A program made the position numbers and the translations under genes. Positions 1-10,550 of a DNA stretch of 64,000 nucleotides are shown one piece after another. A model generated the notes under the pieces. The model did no database searches, was not told where the DNA came from, and was given only the letters and a program-made list of their open reading frames with translations. The DNA comes from Elusimicrobiota bacterium (GTDB lineage Bacteria > Elusimicrobiota > Elusimicrobia > F11). The stretch's first letter is position 1; every line of letters begins with the position of its first letter. The stretch covers positions 1 through 64,000 of the forward strand of contig JBJXGI010000053.1 of the NCBI GenBank assembly GCA_046153645.1. Reading direction: 5' to 3'.

Positions 1-956
1 CTCTGAAAAAGAGCGGATTCAGCCGCTTTCATATCGACTTGTGAGAAATTAAGAGGACTTCGATAATGTTGTGAAAGCAAATAATACCTCACCACCATCG
101 GATCAAACTCTCCAAGAATTTCACGAATCGTAAAAAAGTTCTTTAACGATTTGGACATTTTCTCTTGGTTAATTGTGACAAAACCATTGTGAACCCAAAA
201 CCGTGCAAAATTCTTCCGAGACGCTCCCTCCGATTGCGCGATTTCATTTTCATGATGTGGGAATATTAAATCTTGCCCCCCTCCATGAATATCAAATGTT
301 TCACCCAAAGCACCCATCGACATGGCTGAACACTCAATATGCCATCCGGGGCGACCCGCTCCCCAAGGAGAAGGCCAAGAGGGCTCTCCTGATTTAGCCG
401 CTTTCCATAAGGCAAAATCAAGGGGATCTTTTTTTTGTTCATCAATACTCACTCGTGCGCCAGATTCAAGTTCATCTAATTTTCTTTTAGATAATTTCCC
501 ATAAGAAGGGAAACCGCGCACTGAATAATAAACGGTCCCCTTTGACTCATAAGCCAATCCATTTTCAATGAGTCGTTCAACCAAAGTAACAATGGCAGGA
601 ATGGTTTTTGTAACACGAGGGTATTCATCGGCAGGTTTTACATTTAAGAGTTTCATACACTCAAAAAAACTTTGAATAAACCTTTCCGGATAAGAAAGCG
701 GATCTTCTTTTAATTGATTGGCCCGATCAATAATCTTATCGTCTACATCAGTAAAATTTTGGATGTGACGAACCTGATAACCAAACCGTTCTAAGGATCT
801 CTTTAATAAATCGAATACAACGTAACAGCGCGCATGCCCCAAATGTGGTTCGTCATAGGGAGTAATTCCACAAACATAGAGCCCTACTTTTCCCGATTGA
901 ATGGGGCTAAATAATTCCTTTTGTCCCGTGAGTGTATTATGAAGTTTTATTTCCAT
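1..956 (-). CDS. cysS: Cysteine--tRNA ligase (3' end runs off the window)
   Basis: Hand translation from ATG at 956 gives MEIKLHNTLTGQKELF...LYVCGITPYDEPHLGHAR (HIGH-like motif), with EKMSKS near 147-164. Absent from the ORF track because the stop lies outside the window. Confidence 0.96.
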   Translation of the reverse strand, partial: MEIKLHNTLTGQKELFSPIQSGKVGLYVCGITPYDEPHLGHARCYVVFDLLKRSLERFGYQVRHIQNFTDVDDKIIDRANQLKEDPLSYPERFIQSFFECMKLLNVKPADEYPRVTKTIPAIVTLVERLIENGLAYESKGTVYYSVRGFPSYGKLSKRKLDELESGARVSIDEQKKDPLDFALWKAAKSGEPSWPSPWGAGRPGWHIECSAMSMGALGETFDIHGGGQDLIFPHHENEIAQSEGASRKNFARFWVHNGFVTINQEKMSKSLKNFFTIREILGEFDPMVVRYYLLSQHYRSPLNFSQVDMKAAESALFQ

Positions 957-959
957 TTG

Positions 960-1475
960 TTACGCATATTTAACAAGAGTAGCAACAGACCAACAAGCCA
1001 CTCCTGGCTTTGAAAACCATTGCAACCCTTCAGGCGTTTTTCCTTTTATATTTACCTGATTTGAATTTACTTTAAGGAGAGAGGAAATTTTTTTTATTAA
1101 AGCGCTTCTCAATGGACTAAGTCTTGGTTTTTCAGCAACCACCGTCAAATCAACATGCTGAATTTGAAACCCTGTTTGTGATATTTTCTTTAGAACAATC
1201 AACAGCATTTGTTTACTTTCAACACCTTTCCATTGAGGCTCTGAGTCCGGGAAAAAAAGGCCAATGTCACCCAGCCCGGCAGCTCCTAAAAGTGAATCGA
1301 TCAGCGCGTGCAGTAACGCATCACCATCAGAATGACCTTTTAATTTGGGCAAAGATGGAAATTGGATTCCACCAAAAACCAGCTTTCCATTGGTATCGAA
1401 AGAATGACTATCGAATCCAAATCCGACACGAAAATCAGCTAAATTTAATTTTTTATTTTTGCGAAGGCTTGGCAT
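960..1475 (-). CDS. ispF: 2-C-methyl-D-erythritol 2,4-cyclodiphosphate synthase
   Basis: RVGFGFDSH, GHSDGDALLHA and GDIG motifs; adjacent to ispD. Confidence 0.95.
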   Translation of the reverse strand: MPSLRKNKKLNLADFRVGFGFDSHSFDTNGKLVFGGIQFPSLPKLKGHSDGDALLHALIDSLLGAAGLGDIGLFFPDSEPQWKGVESKQMLLIVLKKISQTGFQIQHVDLTVVAEKPRLSPLRSALIKKISSLLKVNSNQVNIKGKTPEGLQWFSKPGVACWSVATLVKYA

Positions 1476-2119
1476 ATAATTAAATCATCCGGACGAGTTA
1501 CTTTAAAATTTCGAGGAGATCCCATAACCAACTTAACTTTGAATCCCTTTCTTTCAGCCAATTCAACATCATCAGTGGCATTCATTGAAGGAATATTTAA
1601 ACATTTTTTTGCAATATCCCAACGAAATCCTTGGGGCGTTTGTGCCGCCCACAATTTCTTTCTAGGAACTGTATGTTGGACGAAACAATTTGAAGAAGCA
1701 TTTTTAAGAGTATCGGATACAGGAATGGCAAGTAAAGCGGCCCCATTTTTTTTTGCTTCATCAGCAACATTTTGAACCATAGACCCCGTAATAAAGGGTC
1801 TTGCAGAATCATGGACCAATACAACATCATACGAATCTTCTAGCGCAGCATATCCATATGAGACAGACTCTCCTCTAAAACTTCCTCCATCAACCAAAAT
1901 AATTTTAGATTTATATTTCTGAGGAATGTATTTTATATATCGTCTTCGATATTGCTTGGACCCCACAAGTACAATTCGATGAACAGTAGGTAACTTGCCA
2001 AAGGTTTCCAATGAATATAAAAAAAGTGGTTTTTTAAAGATAGGTAAAAACTGTTTTGGAGTCTTTTCTCCCATCCGCAAACCTGAGCCAGCGGCTAATA
2101 ATATGACCGCAATTTTCAT
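1445..2119 (-). CDS. ispD: 2-C-methyl-D-erythritol 4-phosphate cytidylyltransferase
   Basis: LAAGSGLRMG..PKQF, VHDSARP, QTPQGF, TDD and NFKVT motifs. Confidence 0.95.
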   Translation of the reverse strand: MKIAVILLAAGSGLRMGEKTPKQFLPIFKKPLFLYSLETFGKLPTVHRIVLVGSKQYRRRYIKYIPQKYKSKIILVDGGSFRGESVSYGYAALEDSYDVVLVHDSARPFITGSMVQNVADEAKKNGAALLAIPVSDTLKNASSNCFVQHTVPRKKLWAAQTPQGFRWDIAKKCLNIPSMNATDDVELAERKGFKVKLVMGSPRNFKVTRPDDLIICQAFAKIKN

Positions 2120-2122
2120 TCC

Positions 2123-3154
2123 TTAAGCAGTTATAGGAGGAGTTGAAATATCGGGTTGTTTGTCTTCATTGTGAGCGGATTCTCTTCCTTCATGAACACG
2201 AGCAAAAATCATCCGACCAGCGGGGGTTTGTAAAATAGAACTAACTGAAGCTTGTACACGCTTAGCAATGTGACGACGGCCTTCGTCAACCACAATCATG
2301 GTTCCATCATCTAAGTAACCAATAGCTTGATTTTTTTCTTTTCCTTCTTTAACAAGAAAAACCATGAGGTCATCGCCAGGAAGAACAACAGACTTCAGCG
2401 CCGCAGCTAAATCATTTACATTTAGTATTTGAATCCCCTGCAAAATAGCGACTTTACTTAAGTTTAAATCAGTCGTCGCGATTTTGGCATCCAACTGTTT
2501 GGCTAATTCCATCAATTTACTATCTACCTCTTTAATATGAGAAAAATCTTTATCGTAAATTTTTATGTTTACTTCGGGATTATCTTGGAGACGTTTTAAT
2601 ATATCCAAACCTCGTCGCCCGCGGGTCCGCTTGGTGGCATCGGCGGAATCAGCAACGGTTTGAAGTTCTTGGAGAATAAAACGAGGAACGATAAGATGGC
2701 CAGAAATAAAACCCGTTTCGACAACATCGACAATTCTTCCATCAATTAAAGAAGAAGTGTCTAACACCTTCGCGTCTTTAGATCGTGGGTTTTTAACGAC
2801 CAAATTTTTCTCAAGCAATTCAACTTCGTCTTTCTTTCGAATGGCAATCATAAATCCTAAAATCGCCAAAAACGGATAAACAAGAAACGAATAGGAACTC
2901 ATAAACCGATAATAATCAGGATTATCAACCTTGAAAACCATCCAATCTAAAACCTTGGCCACAATGAGACCAGCCCCAGCACCAATACCACCAAAAACAA
3001 TGACTTCAAGTGGCACCTTTTCAACCACCATCTCGATGACAATAACAATAGCGGCAATACCCAAACCAACCAAGGCGGCATTAAAAGAATGGCCAATTCC
3101 AAAACCTAAAGCAGGCCCTAATAATAAAACTATTCCTCTTAAAATATAAAACAT
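2123..3154 (-). CDS. Membrane PIN/TRAM domain protein (YacL family)
   Basis: N-terminal TM helices, LDTSSLIDGRI, RGRRGLDIL, GYLDDGTMIVV, QTPAGRMIF; typical position upstream of ispD. Confidence 0.92.
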   Translation of the reverse strand: MFYILRGIVLLLGPALGFGIGHSFNAALVGLGIAAIVIVIEMVVEKVPLEVIVFGGIGAGAGLIVAKVLDWMVFKVDNPDYYRFMSSYSFLVYPFLAILGFMIAIRKKDEVELLEKNLVVKNPRSKDAKVLDTSSLIDGRIVDVVETGFISGHLIVPRFILQELQTVADSADATKRTRGRRGLDILKRLQDNPEVNIKIYDKDFSHIKEVDSKLMELAKQLDAKIATTDLNLSKVAILQGIQILNVNDLAAALKSVVLPGDDLMVFLVKEGKEKNQAIGYLDDGTMIVVDEGRRHIAKRVQASVSSILQTPAGRMIFARVHEGRESAHNEDKQPDISTPPITA

Positions 3155-3167
3155 TTACTTTCTCCCT

Positions 3168-3698
3168 TTATTCTTTACCCTTTTCTTTTTCAGGATTATT
3201 CTTTTTAAGATCTTTGAAAAAATCTTCAGGTGTCATGGTGTCAAGCTTCTTTTTAAAATCTGAAACTTCATCTTCACTTATTGGCTTTAAAAGTTCCGGA
3301 CAAGATTTAAAAACCTGTTCGGCAACCAAAATGGAGCAATTGGCTCTTACCGCAAGCGCAACAGAATCACTCGGTCGAGCATCCAGCAGAATCTCTTTAT
3401 CCGTCCCCGCCAAAATAATTTCAGCGAAAAAAGTGGAATCTTTCAGCTCAGTAATAACAACATGTTTTAATTTATAGCCTAAGTTACCAATGACAGTCAT
3501 AAATAAATCATGTGTCAAAGGTCGAGGAAACTGCTGGCCTGATAGAGCCATTCCAATGGCCCCTCCTTCGTACAAACCAATCCATATAGGAAGGAGTCTG
3601 GGACCATCAACTTCTTCGAGTACCATCACACATTGGCCGCCTACTTGTGAGAGTGAGTAGAGCCTTGTCGGTATTGTTGTTATTTTTGGTTTGGTCAT
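3168..3698 (-). CDS. Bifunctional nuclease family (DUF151) protein
   Basis: LPIWIG, PRPLTHDL and DARPSDSVALA motifs. Confidence 0.9.
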   Translation of the reverse strand: MTKPKITTIPTRLYSLSQVGGQCVMVLEEVDGPRLLPIWIGLYEGGAIGMALSGQQFPRPLTHDLFMTVIGNLGYKLKHVVITELKDSTFFAEIILAGTDKEILLDARPSDSVALAVRANCSILVAEQVFKSCPELLKPISEDEVSDFKKKLDTMTPEDFFKDLKKNNPEKEKGKE

Positions 3699-3702
3699 AA
3701 GA

Positions 3703-5058
3703 TTATCTAGCTACAGTAGCCAGACCCAGTAAATAGGATAAGTCTTTATCTTCAAAACTAATATTGGTATACGCGAAAAACGCCGATCTTTCAAGGATAT
3801 CTTCAACTCTTGCACCTAACCACATCCACCGTGTCACGGCAAAATGTCCACCCGCTGAGAGAAAGGCTCTATTCAAATGCTCTCCTTTAACAATTCGATC
3901 ACGACTAAAGTCAGACGCTTCAACATTAAGTTCTAATTTTTTCTCTAGCTTGGGTAAAAAGAATAGAGGTCTTAAGTTCACACCGAAACCTCCAGCTGAT
4001 CGAATAGCCCCCGCATATCCTGTCAAAGGACCAAAATCCGCTCCTAATACAGCATTAATTCTATTTTTCCTTTCAAATTGAGTGTGCTTTTCATTGGTTT
4101 CTGGTTTTCCAATATTAGACGCGCCAAAAGCGTAAAATTTCCCCTGACGAGGAACAATGGTAATGCCCGCATCAGAGCGACCTTCGCTATCTTTAAAATC
4201 ATATCGATAACGATAATTCCAATAAGTATGAATATCCCGAAATCTCGCAAACACACTCTTAGCTGAGTTTGCGGTATCCTTAATTGAGGCGACTGCTTCT
4301 TTCACTTGTTTGCCCGTTTCATCATCTGACATGAGCGCACCAACGGCCCCTTTACCATCTTTGACTCTTCCTAATATATCGTCAAGTTTTTCACTGACGC
4401 TTCTAATTTTTTCAATGGCAATCTTTACGTCTTCTTTTTTCTCGGTTGTGATTTCTTTTAGGTGCGCAGAAACGACTCTAATATTGGATGTTAAATCTCG
4501 AATGTTCAAAACAATTTCTTCCATTTCTGCCGCGTGCTGGCCCATAGCATAGTTAAGAGATTTAGAAACATTATTCAAATTACTAATCATTTCTTTAAGA
4601 TTGGCAACAGGATCACCATGTTTAGGATCGGCTTCGAAAAATTGCCCGACTTTTGCAATCATTTCATTTAAAGAAACAGCTTCAATCCCCAATATAGTTG
4701 AGCGTTCTGGCAAAACAGGAAGAGATTGAGTGCCTGGGTTAAGATCAATAAATTTAGAACCAATAATTCCCGTTGAACCAATTTGGGCAGTGGCGTTTTC
4801 ATGTAAATTTACTTTTGGATTAATTCCGATGGTCACACGCGCTTGACCGTCTACCAAATCAACGCTGTCAACTTTTCCAATCTCAACCCCCGCAACTTTT
4901 ACCGCCGCTTTTGGAGGGAGCGCTTCTACATTTTTGAAAACAACATAATATTGATGGGATTTTTTAAATAAATGAATTTTTCCAAGGAACAAAGCAGAAG
5001 CAATGATCACGCTCAATGCCGCCAAAATAAATAGTCCAACTTTTGTTTCTGTATTCAC
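3703..5058 (-). CDS. mlaD: MlaD/MCE family protein with long helical region and beta-rich C-terminal domain
   Basis: ETKVGLF anchor, VKVAGVEIGKV and GSKFIDLNPG MCE motifs; operon with mlaE and mlaF. Confidence 0.85.
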   Translation of the reverse strand: MNTETKVGLFILAALSVIIASALFLGKIHLFKKSHQYYVVFKNVEALPPKAAVKVAGVEIGKVDSVDLVDGQARVTIGINPKVNLHENATAQIGSTGIIGSKFIDLNPGTQSLPVLPERSTILGIEAVSLNEMIAKVGQFFEADPKHGDPVANLKEMISNLNNVSKSLNYAMGQHAAEMEEIVLNIRDLTSNIRVVSAHLKEITTEKKEDVKIAIEKIRSVSEKLDDILGRVKDGKGAVGALMSDDETGKQVKEAVASIKDTANSAKSVFARFRDIHTYWNYRYRYDFKDSEGRSDAGITIVPRQGKFYAFGASNIGKPETNEKHTQFERKNRINAVLGADFGPLTGYAGAIRSAGGFGVNLRPLFFLPKLEKKLELNVEASDFSRDRIVKGEHLNRAFLSAGGHFAVTRWMWLGARVEDILERSAFFAYTNISFEDKDLSYLLGLATVAR

Positions 5059-5060
5059 TC

Positions 5061-5825
5061 TTATTCCACCGCTTTTACTTGCATTTGAATAGGCCCCTGA
5101 GAAGATCCGGTAATAAACTGATGAACCAAAGGATTGTTACTACGCTGAATCTCCTCTGGTGTACCGACCGCCACGATTCGGCCCTGATACAACATAGCGA
5201 TCCTATTTGAAATCTTATAAGCCGACTTCATATCATGTGTGACAACAACAGAAGTAACTCCAATTGTCTTTTGTAACCCTAATATTAAATCATTAATAAC
5301 ATCTGACATAATAGGATCTAATCCCGTTGTTGGCTCATCGTACAAAATAAAATCGGCCTCATATGCGATCGCTCTAGCTAAACCAACCCTCTTTTTCATA
5401 CCACCTGATAATTCTGCCGGTTTTAAATGCCCCACTTCTGGACGCAGCCCAACCAAGGCTAGCTTTTCAGCAATGACCTTATCACGATTGGCATACAAAT
5501 CGGGGCGAAGGTTTTTTAAGCCGAAAGCAATATTTTCTGAGACTGTTAATGAATCAAATAAGGCAGCCATTTGAAAAAGATATCCAAATCTTTTTTGAAC
5601 TAAAAAAAGTTTTTCTTCACTCAACGAAGTAATCTCTTGATTATCAACAAAAATTCTTCCTTTATCAGGTTTTAAAAGACCCACCATATGTTTAATCAGT
5701 ACACTCTTTCCAGTACCAGACCCACCAATAATAGTTAACGTTTCGCCTTCTTTAATTTCTAAATCTACCCCTCGAAGGACATGATTTCTACCAAAAGATT
5801 TTTCTACACCTTCAACTCGAATCAT
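5061..5825 (-). CDS. mlaF: MlaF-type ABC transporter ATP-binding protein
   Basis: Walker A GGSGTGKS, signature LSGGMKKR, YDEPTTGLDP, VTHD. Confidence 0.92.
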   Translation of the reverse strand: MIRVEGVEKSFGRNHVLRGVDLEIKEGETLTIIGGSGTGKSVLIKHMVGLLKPDKGRIFVDNQEITSLSEEKLFLVQKRFGYLFQMAALFDSLTVSENIAFGLKNLRPDLYANRDKVIAEKLALVGLRPEVGHLKPAELSGGMKKRVGLARAIAYEADFILYDEPTTGLDPIMSDVINDLILGLQKTIGVTSVVVTHDMKSAYKISNRIAMLYQGRIVAVGTPEEIQRSNNPLVHQFITGSSQGPIQMQVKAVE

Positions 5826-6610
5826 GCACCAATCCCAAGATTAACGAGAATGGCGCTTAAAAAATAGTCTCCAACCAATATAAGAACCATAGAGAAAACA
5901 ACTGATCGGGTTGTTGCTTGTCCTACCCCTTCGGCACCACCAGATGTTTTAAAACCCATGTAACAAGCCGTTGTCACAATGATAAGCCCGAAAAAGAAAG
6001 ATTTAATGATTCCGTGGGAAACATCACTAAAATCAACCAAAGTAGAAACCTCGTCCCAATAAACCCCAGCCGGAATGCGAAGCTGAAAATTAGCCACAAT
6101 AAATCCACCAATAATGCCAATAACATTGGCTAATGCCGCTAATATAGGTGTCATTATTAACATCGCTATAAATCGCGGAACCGCTAAATAGCGAACGGGA
6201 TTGGTTCCCAATGTATATAGAGCGTCCAATTGTTCAGTCACATTCATGGTTCCTAATTCGGCTGTGATCGCCGCACCAACGCGACCTGCAATAACAATCG
6301 AAGTCAGCACGGGCCCTAACTCTTTTACCAATGACAATCCAACAACAGACCCCACATAAATGGGCTCATTAAAAACTTTCATAAAAGAAAATCCACTTTG
6401 AAAGGCCAAAACCATTCCCGTAAAAAGAGAAGTCAATCCCACAACGGGGAAAGAAGCCACTCCAATCTCATACATTTGTTCAATTGTTATGGATGGCACC
6501 CATTTTCCATGCAAAATAGCGCCAAAAGCATTCTTCCACATTTTGGCAACCCCGCCCAAAGCTGTTGCCACACCCATGACATATCGTCCAATCATAGAAA
6601 TTAACATCAC
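5822..6610 (-). CDS. mlaE: MlaE family ABC permease
   Basis: ELGPVLTSIVIAGRVGAAITAELGTM and GGAEGVGQATT motifs. Confidence 0.93.
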   Translation of the reverse strand: MMLISMIGRYVMGVATALGGVAKMWKNAFGAILHGKWVPSITIEQMYEIGVASFPVVGLTSLFTGMVLAFQSGFSFMKVFNEPIYVGSVVGLSLVKELGPVLTSIVIAGRVGAAITAELGTMNVTEQLDALYTLGTNPVRYLAVPRFIAMLIMTPILAALANVIGIIGGFIVANFQLRIPAGVYWDEVSTLVDFSDVSHGIIKSFFFGLIIVTTACYMGFKTSGGAEGVGQATTRSVVFSMVLILVGDYFLSAILVNLGIGA

Positions 6611-7746
6611 GATACTAATACCCGTGGAACCCGTTTAGAAATATTGCAAAAGATTTCATAAGAAATAGTTTCAGCCCAAGAAGAACAATCGCTGGCAGAA
6701 ATCACTTCATCTCCTTGTCGCCCAATAAGAGTAACCACATCCCCAATATCCGTTTTGACTCCGGTCACATCAATCATCATATGATCCATTGTCACTCGAC
6801 CTACAATGGGACATTTTACACCTTGTACCAAAACAAATCCTCGATTAGAAAATTTCCTTGATACTCCATCAGCATAACCAACAGGAATTGTTGCGATATC
6901 CGAATCCTTTTTTGCCGTCCACGTTTGACCATAACTGATAGAAGTTCCTTTGACTATTCTTTTTAGATAAATAATTTTACTAAACCAACTTAAAACAGGT
7001 TTTAGTTGAATGGCTTTCGGAAGCGAAATTAAACTTTCGCCAAACAAAGCAATTCCAGGTCTTACCATATCATCTAATGACTCTGGGATAGAAAAGAGAG
7101 CCGCTGAATTGGCCGAATGAAATAAAACTTTATGGGCAAACAACTCTTTCACTTTTATTTTTATCACATTGAACTTTTTTAATTGTCCAGCTGAGACATC
7201 TCGATCTTCACCAGCAGAAGAAAAATGAGTGTAGACTCCCGCCAGCTGAATAGCTGATTGCGTACGAATCCATTCTAACAGAGGAATCGCCCCCTGAGGA
7301 GACACTCCAATCCTACCCATCCCCGTATCAATTTTCAGATGAAATAAGATGGGTTGTTGAACGGATTTTGCGGCGACGACCAATTGCTGAGCCGCTTCAA
7401 GACTAGCAACGGTAGGGGTTAAACCATGTTCAATAGCCACAGAAAAGTTTTCTAGAGGGAAAACACCGGCCAGAACTAAAATAGGAGCCTTAACTCCAGA
7501 AGAACGGAGTGCAATCCCTTCCTCCAAACTAGAAACTCCAATTATGTCTACCCCGTTTTCAATGGCAATCGGAGCCAGCACATTGGCCCCATGACCATAG
7601 GCATCAGCTTTTAAAACAGCCATCAATTGAACTGAATTTCCTATATATTTTTTAATTTGAAGTAGATTGAAAATGAATGCCTCTTCGGAAATTTCCACCC
7701 AAGTGGGCCGATAGCCAATAGCCGTATCAAACGTTAGCAGGCTCAA
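6607..7746 (-). CDS. alr: Alanine racemase
   Basis: AVLKADAYGHG PLP lysine motif, KIDTGMGRIG, GYADG, GRVTMD, TISYE. Start is uncertain: TTG at 7746 chosen to reduce overlap with dnaB; the ORF extends to 7818. Confidence 0.93.
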   Translation of the reverse strand: MSLLTFDTAIGYRPTWVEISEEAFIFNLLQIKKYIGNSVQLMAVLKADAYGHGANVLAPIAIENGVDIIGVSSLEEGIALRSSGVKAPILVLAGVFPLENFSVAIEHGLTPTVASLEAAQQLVVAAKSVQQPILFHLKIDTGMGRIGVSPQGAIPLLEWIRTQSAIQLAGVYTHFSSAGEDRDVSAGQLKKFNVIKIKVKELFAHKVLFHSANSAALFSIPESLDDMVRPGIALFGESLISLPKAIQLKPVLSWFSKIIYLKRIVKGTSISYGQTWTAKKDSDIATIPVGYADGVSRKFSNRGFVLVQGVKCPIVGRVTMDHMMIDVTGVKTDIGDVVTLIGRQGDEVISASDCSSWAETISYEIFCNISKRVPRVLVS

Positions 7747-9106
7747 GTTCTCGCTCGGGATTAACAAACCGTGTGCACTCATCAAGGAAGGTAAGAGAAA
7801 TATCTCCAATAGGACCATTTCTTTGTTTCAAGACAAATATTTTTGCTTTCCCCTTTAAATCAGGGTCATCTCGTCGATAAACTTCTTCTCGAAAAATAGC
7901 CATAACCAAATCAGCATCTTGCTCAATAGCGCCTGACTCTCTTAAATCTGAAAGTTGTGGGCGACCATCACGAGAACGATCTTCAGGTTTTCGATTCAGC
8001 TGTGAAAGAGCAATAACAGGAACTTCCATTTCCCTAGCTAAACCTTTCAAGTTTCTAGATATTTCAGAAATTTCTTGTTGGCGACTTTCAGTGGAACCAT
8101 CGCCCCGCATGAGCTGTAAGTAATCGATAATGACCAATCCTAATTTCTGCCCCTTCCGACTTAAATCATGCGCATACCGACGCGTTGCTGATCTAATTTC
8201 CATAACAGTTGGCGAAGTAGAAAAATCAAAAAAGAGAGGAGATTCTCCAATTTCAGAAGCCACCGAGGTAATTTTAGGCCAGTTAGACCGTGCCATATAT
8301 CCGCGCCTGATACTACCCATGCTGATAAGCGCTCGAGAACAAAGTAATCTCATCGCTAATTCTTGATGACTCATTTCAAGAGAGAAAAATATGACCGGCG
8401 TTTTTTGATCTACCGCAATATGTTCTGCCATATTCATAACAATGGTCGTTTTACCCATAGAAGGCCGGCCCGCAACAATAATTAAATTACCAGGCTGTAA
8501 TCCTGAGGTCATGGTATCGAGTTCAATATATCCAGTGGGAACACCAGTGACCAACTTCCCGTCATTGGCCATTTTTTCAATTGATTCAATAGCCCCTTGC
8601 ATGAGTTCACCAGCACTATAGAACTCTCGACTCGCCCTTCTTTGCCCAACCGTAAAAAAATGTTCCTGCGCTTTATCAACCAATTCATTGACAGGAGTTT
8701 TGGCTTCATAGGCGTCTCGCATAAGGTTACGTGCGTTTTGAATAAGAGCACGAACCAATGATTTCTCATGAACAATTTTGGCGTAATGTTCAACATGAAG
8801 AGCGGTTGGTACTTTTTCCGTTAATTCTACAAGCACAGCAGAAATAGAACTTTCACCAAACCCCGGACGATTCTTTAAAATTTCTGAAACGGTAATAACA
8901 TCTGCTTCGGTATTTTGGTTAAACAACTGGAGGATAGATGAAAAAATAACTTGGTGAGCTTCTTTATAAAAATCTTCGGTTTTTAAAACATCGGAAGCTT
9001 TGACAATAGCCTCACGCTCGACGAGCATGCTGCCTAAAACAGCCATTTCAGCTTCGATACTATGCGGTAAAATTGATTCGTTCACAGTTGACATAAGGGG
9101 TACCAC
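7727..9106 (-). CDS. dnaB: Replicative DNA helicase
   Basis: AGRPSMGKT, IIDYLQLM, LSQLNR, SDLRESGAIEQDAD, KQRNGP; the true start may be ATG at 9094. Confidence 0.97.
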   Translation of the reverse strand: MVPLMSTVNESILPHSIEAEMAVLGSMLVEREAIVKASDVLKTEDFYKEAHQVIFSSILQLFNQNTEADVITVSEILKNRPGFGESSISAVLVELTEKVPTALHVEHYAKIVHEKSLVRALIQNARNLMRDAYEAKTPVNELVDKAQEHFFTVGQRRASREFYSAGELMQGAIESIEKMANDGKLVTGVPTGYIELDTMTSGLQPGNLIIVAGRPSMGKTTIVMNMAEHIAVDQKTPVIFFSLEMSHQELAMRLLCSRALISMGSIRRGYMARSNWPKITSVASEIGESPLFFDFSTSPTVMEIRSATRRYAHDLSRKGQKLGLVIIDYLQLMRGDGSTESRQQEISEISRNLKGLAREMEVPVIALSQLNRKPEDRSRDGRPQLSDLRESGAIEQDADLVMAIFREEVYRRDDPDLKGKAKIFVLKQRNGPIGDISLTFLDECTRFVNPERELEPANV

Positions 9107-9121
9107 ATTATAACTAAAAAC

Positions 9122-9161
9122 AAAAAAAAAGCTGCCATCCTACTCAGGTGGCAGCTTTTTT
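9122..9161 (-). terminator. Intrinsic (possibly bidirectional) terminator after rplI
   Basis: gctgcca...tggcagc stem flanked by an A9 run and a T6 run. Confidence 0.8.
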
Positions 9162-9174
9162 AATGAAAAAAAAA

Positions 9175-9714
9175 TTACATGTATGTTGGGGGCGCCTTTT
9201 GGAGTGGAGTTTGTTCATCCAATTCCATTTTGGGATCCAACTGATGTTCGCTATCTTTTTTAGCTTCAAGCCCTACAATTTTAACAGGAATATCAAGAAT
9301 CACTTGAGAGTGAACGCGAACACGAATCTGGTGATCGCCCACAACTTTAATAGGACCATTCATCAAAATAGATTTCTTCTCAACTGAGGTTCCGTGTTTA
9401 GCCAGTTCAAGAGCAATATCCAAAGGAGTGACAGATCCAAACAATCTCCCACCTTGACCAACGGGGCGTTCAAAAACCAACCCAACATTAGCAACCTTAC
9501 TAGCAAGTTCTTTTGATTTCTCTAACTGTTTTTGCTTTTCAACTTCTAACTTTTTCTTTTGATTTTCAAACCTCTTAATAATATTGGAAGTGGCTATCAA
9601 TGCCTTTTTCCGAGGAATCAAATAATTGCGCGCATACCCATCTTTCACTTTACAGGTATCACCTAACTGACCAAGACCTGGGACATCGGTTAATAAAACA
9701 ACTGACTGTGACAT
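9175..9714 (-). CDS. rplI: 50S ribosomal protein L9 (C-terminally extended)
   Basis: VKDGYARNYLIP and GRLFGSVT motifs. Confidence 0.96.
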   Translation of the reverse strand: MSQSVVLLTDVPGLGQLGDTCKVKDGYARNYLIPRKKALIATSNIIKRFENQKKKLEVEKQKQLEKSKELASKVANVGLVFERPVGQGGRLFGSVTPLDIALELAKHGTSVEKKSILMNGPIKVVGDHQIRVRVHSQVILDIPVKIVGLEAKKDSEHQLDPKMELDEQTPLQKAPPTYM

Positions 9715-9732
9715 AAATAACTCCTAATTAAT

Positions 9733-10071
9733 TTAAAGAGGTGAGGTTGGAACAAGCGCCATATTACGCGCACGCTTAATGGCTTGGGTTAATTGACGCT
9801 GACAACGAGCGCACGTTCCCGTGGTTCGACCAGAAAGAATTTTTCCTCTTTCTGTAATAAAATTTCGTAGAAAATTAACAGCCTTCCAATCTACTCCGCC
9901 TTGACGGTCCATACAAATTCGACAAACTCTTCTTTTGGGAGGAGGACGGCCACCTTTTGAGTAACCACCACCCGCCTTAGGGTTATAAGGTCCTTTTGAA
10001 TAGGTGCTTTTTGGACGTCCAGCAGAATCTCCGCTGGGCGTATAACTTTTTTCAGTCGTTTCTGTAGACAT
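9733..10071 (-). CDS. rpsR: 30S ribosomal protein S18 (zinc-binding form, N-terminal extension)
   Basis: CRIC...FITERGKIL..R.TGTCARCQRQL..AIKRAR. Confidence 0.95.
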   Translation of the reverse strand: MSTETTEKSYTPSGDSAGRPKSTYSKGPYNPKAGGGYSKGGRPPPKRRVCRICMDRQGGVDWKAVNFLRNFITERGKILSGRTTGTCARCQRQLTQAIKRARNMALVPTSPL

Positions 10072-10535
10072 TAAAATGGTACCTCATCATCATTTTGAAT
10101 TTCTTTAGATTTTCCCATGGCAACAGCTCCAACAACTTCGCCTGATTCTTCCGATGCCTCAGCTTCAGCAGCGGCAGTTTCTCCCATAGATTCTAAAAAT
10201 TGAACTTTTTGGATATCCACTTCAAGGTCACTTCTTTTCTGACCTTCTTTGGTTGTCCATTCTTTGGATTTTAAGCGCCCCTCAATAAAAACAGGGCTTC
10301 CTTTTTTTAAGCGTTGCCCACATCGCTCAGCTGTTTCTCGCCATACACTACAAGGGACAAAAGCGACATCTTCTTTCCATTCATTTGAATTTCGGTCTTT
10401 ATATTTTCGACCCACAGCCACTCTAAAATGGCACACAGGTGTTCCCTGTGGAGTATAACGAAGCTCTGGATCACGAGTAAGGCGTCCAACGATTTTAACG
10501 TCATTTAATGAATGCAATCTAATGTTTGTGGCCAT
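10071..10535 (-). CDS. ssb: Single-stranded DNA-binding protein
   Basis: GRLTRDPELRYT and C-terminal DDEVPF; rpsF-ssb-rpsR synteny. Confidence 0.97.
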   Translation of the reverse strand: MATNIRLHSLNDVKIVGRLTRDPELRYTPQGTPVCHFRVAVGRKYKDRNSNEWKEDVAFVPCSVWRETAERCGQRLKKGSPVFIEGRLKSKEWTTKEGQKRSDLEVDIQKVQFLESMGETAAAEAEASEESGEVVGAVAMGKSKEIQNDDEVPF

Positions 10536-10550
10536 AAGACCCTCCTGAAT

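Noticed and set aside
7747..7818. Extended Alr N-terminus overlapping dnaB by about 90 bp
   Set aside because: Probably an artefact of longest-ORF calling; recognisable Alr sequence begins at RPTWVEI.
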